From the NCBI GenBank assembly GCA_002269645.1, contig NIVC01000176.1, positions 248,001 through 312,000 on the forward strand: a stretch of 64,000 nt of DNA. Direction: 5' to 3'. Shown here one piece after another: positions 58,819 through 64,000 of the stretch. The notes under the pieces were generated by a model that saw only the letters and a program-made list of their open reading frames with translations, did no database searches and was not told the DNA's origin. The translations under genes were made by a program, and so were the position numbers. Positions within the stretch are counted from its first letter, which is position 1. Each line of letters starts with the position of its first letter. The DNA is from Macrostomum lignano (Eukaryota).

Positions 58819-60936
58819 ATGCGCAGTGCCCAGCTAGGCCTTGTGCAATCGGCCAGTGGCTCCTGTCTCTATCGATCCGATGGCACCGCCAGTCTGGCCT
58901 ACATCAATGGCCCAGTTGGCCTCGGCTCCGGTGGTGGAGCCGGCGGCGCCAGGTTCCGCGCCACGCCAGGCCAGGCCGACCTGCGCCTGTCGCTAATCTC
59001 TGCTGGCGGCTCCGGTGCCAGCGCTCGCTCGCTGAAATGTGTGGAATCGCTGGTGTTGGACTGTTTGAAACGCTGTTTAATCCTTACTGATTATCCTAAT
59101 ACGGCAATCTGCGTTATTGTTGCTCTGATTGAAACGCCGCCGCCAGTTGCCGCAGGCGGTTCCGGTTCGGCGGAGGTCGCCGCTGCCGCCGTGCTGAACT
59201 CGTGCGCTCTGGCAATGCTTGATGCCGGCCTGTCTATGCAGAGAGTGCCGCTGGCTGTCACAGTGTAAGTGCCCGGCCTGGCCTCGCTCAGGTGCCAGTC
59301 AATCATGAAAATGTTCAGCGCCGATGTGCACCCTGTGAGAGCGTGTGTGTGCTTAAGTGTCAGCGGAACGGGCAGGTGGCCATAAAGGCGCTTTATTTAG
59401 TCTTATTTTAGAGGTCCTTAGGTTTGGCTTCGTTTAGACACAAAAATTTAACTTTTTTATTTCTACTATAAGTAGCTCATTTCGCTGGAAAATTCGTCGT
59501 TTGACTACCACTGTTTCACTGTGTGCAGTACAAGGTTGGGTTTGGGTTTCGATTAGGGTTATTAATGGATTGTGTTTACGTTGGTTTGTGTTTAGGTTTT
59601 TTGGATTTAGGTTGGTTTGTGTTTAGGTTGATTTAGGTTTAGGTTGGTTTGTGTTTAGGTTGATTTGTGTTTAGGTTGGTTTGTGTTTAGTTTGATTTGT
59701 GTTTAGGTTGATTTGTGTTTAGGTTTGTGTTTAGGTTGGTTTGTGTTTAGGTTGATTTGTGTTTAGGTTGGTTTGTGTTTAGGTTTTTTGGTTTAGGTTG
59801 GTTTGTGTTTAGGTTGGTTTGGGTTTAGGTTGGTTTGTGTTTAGGTTAGTTTGTGTTTAGGTTGATTCGGGTTTAGGCTGGTTTGTGTTAAGTTGATTCG
59901 AGTTTAGGTTGATTTAGGTTTAGGTCGGTTTGTCTTTAGGTTGGTTTGTGTTTAGGTTGATTTGTGTTTAGGTTGGTTTGTGTTTAGGTTGATTTGTGTT
60001 TAGGTTGGTTTGTGTTTAGGTTGATTTGTGTTTAGGTTGATTTGTGTTTAGGTTGGTTTGTGTTTAGGTTAGTTTGTGTTTAGGTTGATTCGGGTTTAGG
60101 CTGGTTTGTGTTAAGTTGATTCGAGTTTAGGTTGATTTAGGTTTAGGTCGGTTTGTCTTTAGGTTGGTTTGTGTTTAGGTTGATTTGTGTTTAGGTTGGT
60201 TTGTGTTTAGGTTGATTTGTGTTTAGGTTGGTTTGTGTTTAGGTTGATTTGTGTTTAGGTTGATTTGTGTTTAGGTTGGTTTGTGTTTAGGTTTTTTGGT
60301 TTAGGTTGGTTTGTGTTTAGGTTGATTTGTGTTTAGGTTGGTTTGTGTTTAGGTTGGTTTGTGTTTAGGTTGGTTTGGGTTTAGGTTGGTTTGGGTTTAG
60401 GTTGGTTTGTGTTTAGGTTAGTTTGTGTTTAGGTTGGTTTGTGTTTAGGTTGGTTTGGGTTTAGGTTTGTTTGTGTTTAGGTTGGTTTGTGTTTAGGTTG
60501 GTTTGTGTTTAGGTTGGTTTGTGTTTAGGTTTTTGGGTTTAGGCTGGTTTGTGTTTAGGTTGATTCGGGTTTAGGTTTGGGTTTATTTTTAAGTTTAGGT
60601 TTTTGGTTTGAATTCGGGTTTAGTTTAGGTTTAGGTTTGGGTTTATGTCAGCAGTCAAATGTCGTAGACAGGATTTCCGAAAATGTTTATTATATTGCCA
60701 ATTTTTCTATTGCCAACAGTGGTGGCAGCGGTGTCGATGGCGGCCTTCTAGTCGGCGACAACACGTGCAATGACCGGGGCGGGCGCCGCCTGCTGGCCTG
60801 CTGGGGCGCGCCGCCGCCCGATCCGCAGCTCCTAGCCGACGGCGGCTCCGTCGCGGTGCAACTGCAGACGCTCGAAGATTTCATCCGGCGCGTTTGTCGG
60901 CGGCGACTGAAACGGCCCGGCTGCGGCGGTCAGTGA
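58819..60936 (+). CDS. EXOSC5: Exosome complex component RRP46-like (RNase PH fold; 2 exons, ~220 aa)
   Basis: Exons 58819-59264 and 60720-60936 (phase 2, 663 nt). LGLVQSASGSCLYRSDGTASLAYINGP, YPNTAICVIV and VLNSCALAMLDAGLSM match the Rrp46/EXOSC5 pattern. Paralog assignment (versus Mtr3 or Rrp41) was made by eye. Confidence 0.75.
59575..60640. repeat. 16-bp GT-rich minisatellite in RRP46 intron
   Basis: Unit gtttaggttggtttgt and variants. Confidence 0.95.
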
Positions 60937-61189
60937 GCGGCTGGCTGACCCAATGGTGAACTGGCTTTAGCATTTGACAGAATGACGTGTACTTGTACAG
61001 TTGCTGCAGTGCCACTTCATTATACAAGCAAGTTAAACTGCTGTGCCATTTTGCAGTTGAATTCAAAATTACTTATTAAAATGTTCGTTTTGAGTTATTT
61101 TTTGTCTGAATTATTTTCACTACTCGTAGTAATATAGTTGGTATTTTGTGACAAAAATTACTGATGCTCTTTATATTTAAGGGCATTCC

Positions 61190-61545
61190 TCCACCAATCT
61201 GGGTATTTCCCTACCAATCTGGGTATTTCCCTACCAATCTGGGTATTCCTCTACCAATCAGGGTATTCCTCTACCAACCTGGGTATTTCCCTACCAATCT
61301 GGGTATTCCCTACCAATCTGGGTATTCCTCTACCAATCAGGGTATTCCCCTACCAATCAGGGTATTCCCCAGCCAATCTGGATATTCCCCTACCAATCTG
61401 GGTATTCCCCTACCAATCTGGGTATTCCTCTACCAATCTGGGTATTCCCCTACAAATCTGGGTATTCCCCTACCAATCTGGGTATTCCCCAGCCAATCTG
61501 GATATTCCCCTACCAATCTGGGTATTCCTTTACCAATTAGGAAAA
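61190..61545. repeat. 20-bp minisatellite
   Basis: Unit ctaccaatctgggtattccc. Confidence 0.94.
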
Positions 61546-62385
61546 ATCCCTACCAATTATCAATTCCCATAAACGTTATGGTTTTCGATCTGCAACATTA
61601 GGTAATCTCCTTTACAAATTGATTTTTTTCTGTTTAGACAAATTTTTTATAAATATGATATTTTTGATAACCTAAAAATAAGCTTTCAGTAGTCTGCAGA
61701 TACTACTAAAATAGTTTTAAGTAGAACCTGTTGAACTTCTCATTTAGGAAAGAAAATATAAAGACAGAAATCTGAGACTGTGTTTATCCTGACAGTCAAA
61801 ACCTGTGTTTTTTCGGTGCATAATATTTCTTGTAGCAAAACTCGCGTGGTGTGGATCGACTTTGGAGAATAGACAGGCAGACAGACAGACAGAGAGACCG
61901 GCTTGCTGGAGTCCGTTAGTATATTTGTTAATGTTCCACGGGGTCGGTATTCGCCGCAGGCAATAATATAATAAGGGTATTTGAGTAGGTTGTTGATATA
62001 CAATCAATGAGACAGCAACATAAGAGCAAGCAATCAGGTAAACTGTAGGAGAATCAGAGATTAGACAGAAAATAAAAAGACTAGATTGCAACAGATTGGA
62101 TTAGACAGTCAGTGTCCGATTTGGGGTCTATATATAGAGAGGGTGCCTGTTAATTGAAAAGGTGCGAATATTATGGTGTCTCGTTTTTATCTGCATTAGC
62201 GAGCAGTAAGCGTGGGAAGGGTCAAAGTTGGTTGCCAAGCAGAATTTACGAGAAAAGCTACACAATGATTGAAAAATCATTCTCTTAGTCTCGGTCTGAT
62301 CTATCTTGTTTTGCTAATGAAAAGTGCAGATTTCAAATATTCAGAAGATTGGAAAATTCCTTTGGTTTCCGAGAAATCCTGTTGC

Positions 62386-63413
62386 TCAGGTGAGCTCCGT
62401 GAAGGTCATGCCGCCTTCCTGTGACGACGACGCGTGACTGCCGGCAGAGGAGCCGGTGGCCATCGGGTAGCTGTCGTAGATGGCGGCGGAGGCGGCTGCC
62501 GCAGCGGCCGCTTGCATCATGTGGAAGTTGTCGTAGTGGTGACGCATGTCTCTGCAAATGGCCGGTGTAAGTTGAAGTTGAAGGTGGAAGCGCGTGGACA
62601 CTTTAACAGGCTTAAATTGGATGTATCCTAATTCCTACAGAGCTAACGGCTACTGCAGGACAGAAGGGTTGCGGCAGTGGCTACTGCAGGACAGAAGGGT
62701 TGCGGCAGTGGCTACTGCAGGACAGGCGGGGTTGCTGCGGCAGTGGCTACTGCAGGACAGGCGGGGTTGCTGCGGCAGTGGCTACTGCAGGACAAGAGGG
62801 GTAACTGCGGCAGTGGCTACTGCAGGACAGGCGGGGTTGCTGCGGCAGTGGCTACTGCAGGACAAGAGGGGTAACTGCGGCAGTGGCTACTGCAGGACAA
62901 GAGGGGTAACTGCGGCAGTGGCTACTGCAGGACAGGCGGGGTTGCTGCGGCAGTGGCTACTGCAGGACAAGAGGGGTAACTGCGGCAGTGGCTACTGCAG
63001 GACAAGAGGGGTAACTGCGGCAGTGGCTACTGCAGGACAGGCGGGGTTGCTGCGGCAGTGGCTACTGCAGGACAAGAGGGGTAACTGCGGCAGTGGCTAC
63101 TGCAGGACAAGAGGGGTAACTGCGGCAGTCGCCACTGCAGGACAGGCGGGGCAGCTGCGGTGACTACACAGGAATGCACAATACCACTCCAGTTCTGCAT
63201 CTATTGAGTCGGTAACTCTTTCTCGTCAAAAAAGATTCTTCATAAGCTCAACTTAGTCAATCAAGCACCCGGTTAGTTCTCACCCGGTCATTGCCGGCTT
63301 GTAGTCAATCTTGCCCAGGTAGCTGGCGTGGATGGCCGCCTCGTCCGCCGTGGCGACGCCGTAACCGGAGATTGGCGACGGCTGCTGCATCGGCAGCTGC
63401 AGCTTCTTCAGGT
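62386..63413 (-). CDS. Two 3'-terminal exons of an unidentified gene; 5' part upstream or outside the window
   Basis: Exons 63413-63284 and 62551-62386 join in phase 2 (ttcattccag acceptor, GG|gtgaga donor, ccatttgcag acceptor). Product: DLKKLQLPMQQPSPISGYG..HASYLGKIDYKPAMTGDMRHHYDNFHMMQAAAAAASAAIYDSY..EGGMTFTELT*. Confidence 0.7.
62645..63162. repeat. ~31-bp minisatellite in the intron of the terminal gene
   Basis: Core gcggcagtggctactgcaggaca with alternating spacers. Confidence 0.94.
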
Positions 63414-64000
63414 CTGGAATGAAATTTCGGTTTTCAAGTATCGAAGAGATTGCAAAACGCTGAATATCCTTTTCTCGGGGCTTTACAAGAACCACGGGAA
63501 GCTCGGTGTCTTATAAAGCGTCAAATAAAGTCGCTAATTGGATTTGTAGAATGCGTGACAAAGCCTCTGCACCTGCCATCTGGTATTCGATTTATAGACT
63601 TGGCATTGAATCATTACGAGCATTTGTATCGGCAGATTTATTTTGAACAACGATGGACACCAAAATATGAGCAAAACTATCTGACGATAATCCTCGTGTT
63701 ATTTGGGAGCTTCCCCGTTTCCAACGAACATGTCATCAGCTGGCACACTGGGATTTTCTATTCAAAGGAGGCCAATTTGGATCAGGTGCGCTTGTGAACA
63801 AAAAACTGTTTCCAAATTCTACCGTAAAGAAAAGACAGGAAGCAGCTTCTTTGGAGAAAGAAAAAAATTCAAAAGGCTCCTCCATCTGCCTATTCATCAA
63901 CAGCTCGAGTTTGCGCACGAAAGGAACGTTTATGAATTTGTTCGCACACCTGAGCTTCGCGCTGTTGCGCAGCTACCTCTGTCGGGTCTTTAATTTGCGG

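Noticed and set aside
59575-60640. Interstitial telomeric repeat
   Set aside because: The unit is a 16-mer containing TTAGG, not tandem TTAGGG or TTAGG.
21146-60936. Dicer plus exosome subunit as an RNA-processing gene cluster
   Set aside because: They are 22 kb apart with unrelated genes and transposons between; there is no evidence of co-regulation without synteny data.
62386-62420. Grainyhead assignment from the terminal TEL motif
   Set aside because: The upstream sequence does not resemble the Grainyhead dimerisation domain.
63821-63836. Spliced-leader-like CCGTAAAGA
   Set aside because: Only ~9 nt of resemblance, with no donor or Sm site following.

Overview
This is eukaryotic (metazoan) genomic DNA. 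GC-rich spliced coding exons sit among AT-rich spacers and many intronic mini/microsatellites. The architecture suggests a free-living flatworm such as Macrostomum, but that is inference and was not searched. Genes reconstructed by hand with GT-AG, phase-consistent exons: a GT31 beta-1,3-glycosyltransferase (minus, runs off the left edge, absent from the ORF track), TTC38 (4 exons), an orphan single-exon ORF, an intronless TAK1/TKL-like kinase lacking the Gly-rich loop and with DFG changed to DLD, a 15-exon ~1610-aa Dicer, a 5-exon signal-peptide ferritin with a degenerate ferroxidase centre, an RRP46/EXOSC5-like exosome subunit (2 exons), and two 3' exons of an unidentified minus-strand gene. 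Mobile DNA: a 634-bp element with 201-bp TIRs and an 8-bp TSD ending 24 bp before the kinase ATG, palindromic MITEs, tRNA-derived CORE-like SINEs, two RTE-like RT remnants, a mariner remnant and a Gypsy gag fragment. The most interesting leads are the Dicer (intact helicase and RNase III sites, but apparently missing the PAZ 3'-overhang pocket), the TIR element plus atypical kinase, the secreted L-type-like ferritin, the loop-flipped MITE pair, and the private minisatellite in almost every intron. Most long ORFs in the supplied track are tandem-repeat artefacts. No CRISPR array, rRNA or true tRNA gene was seen.
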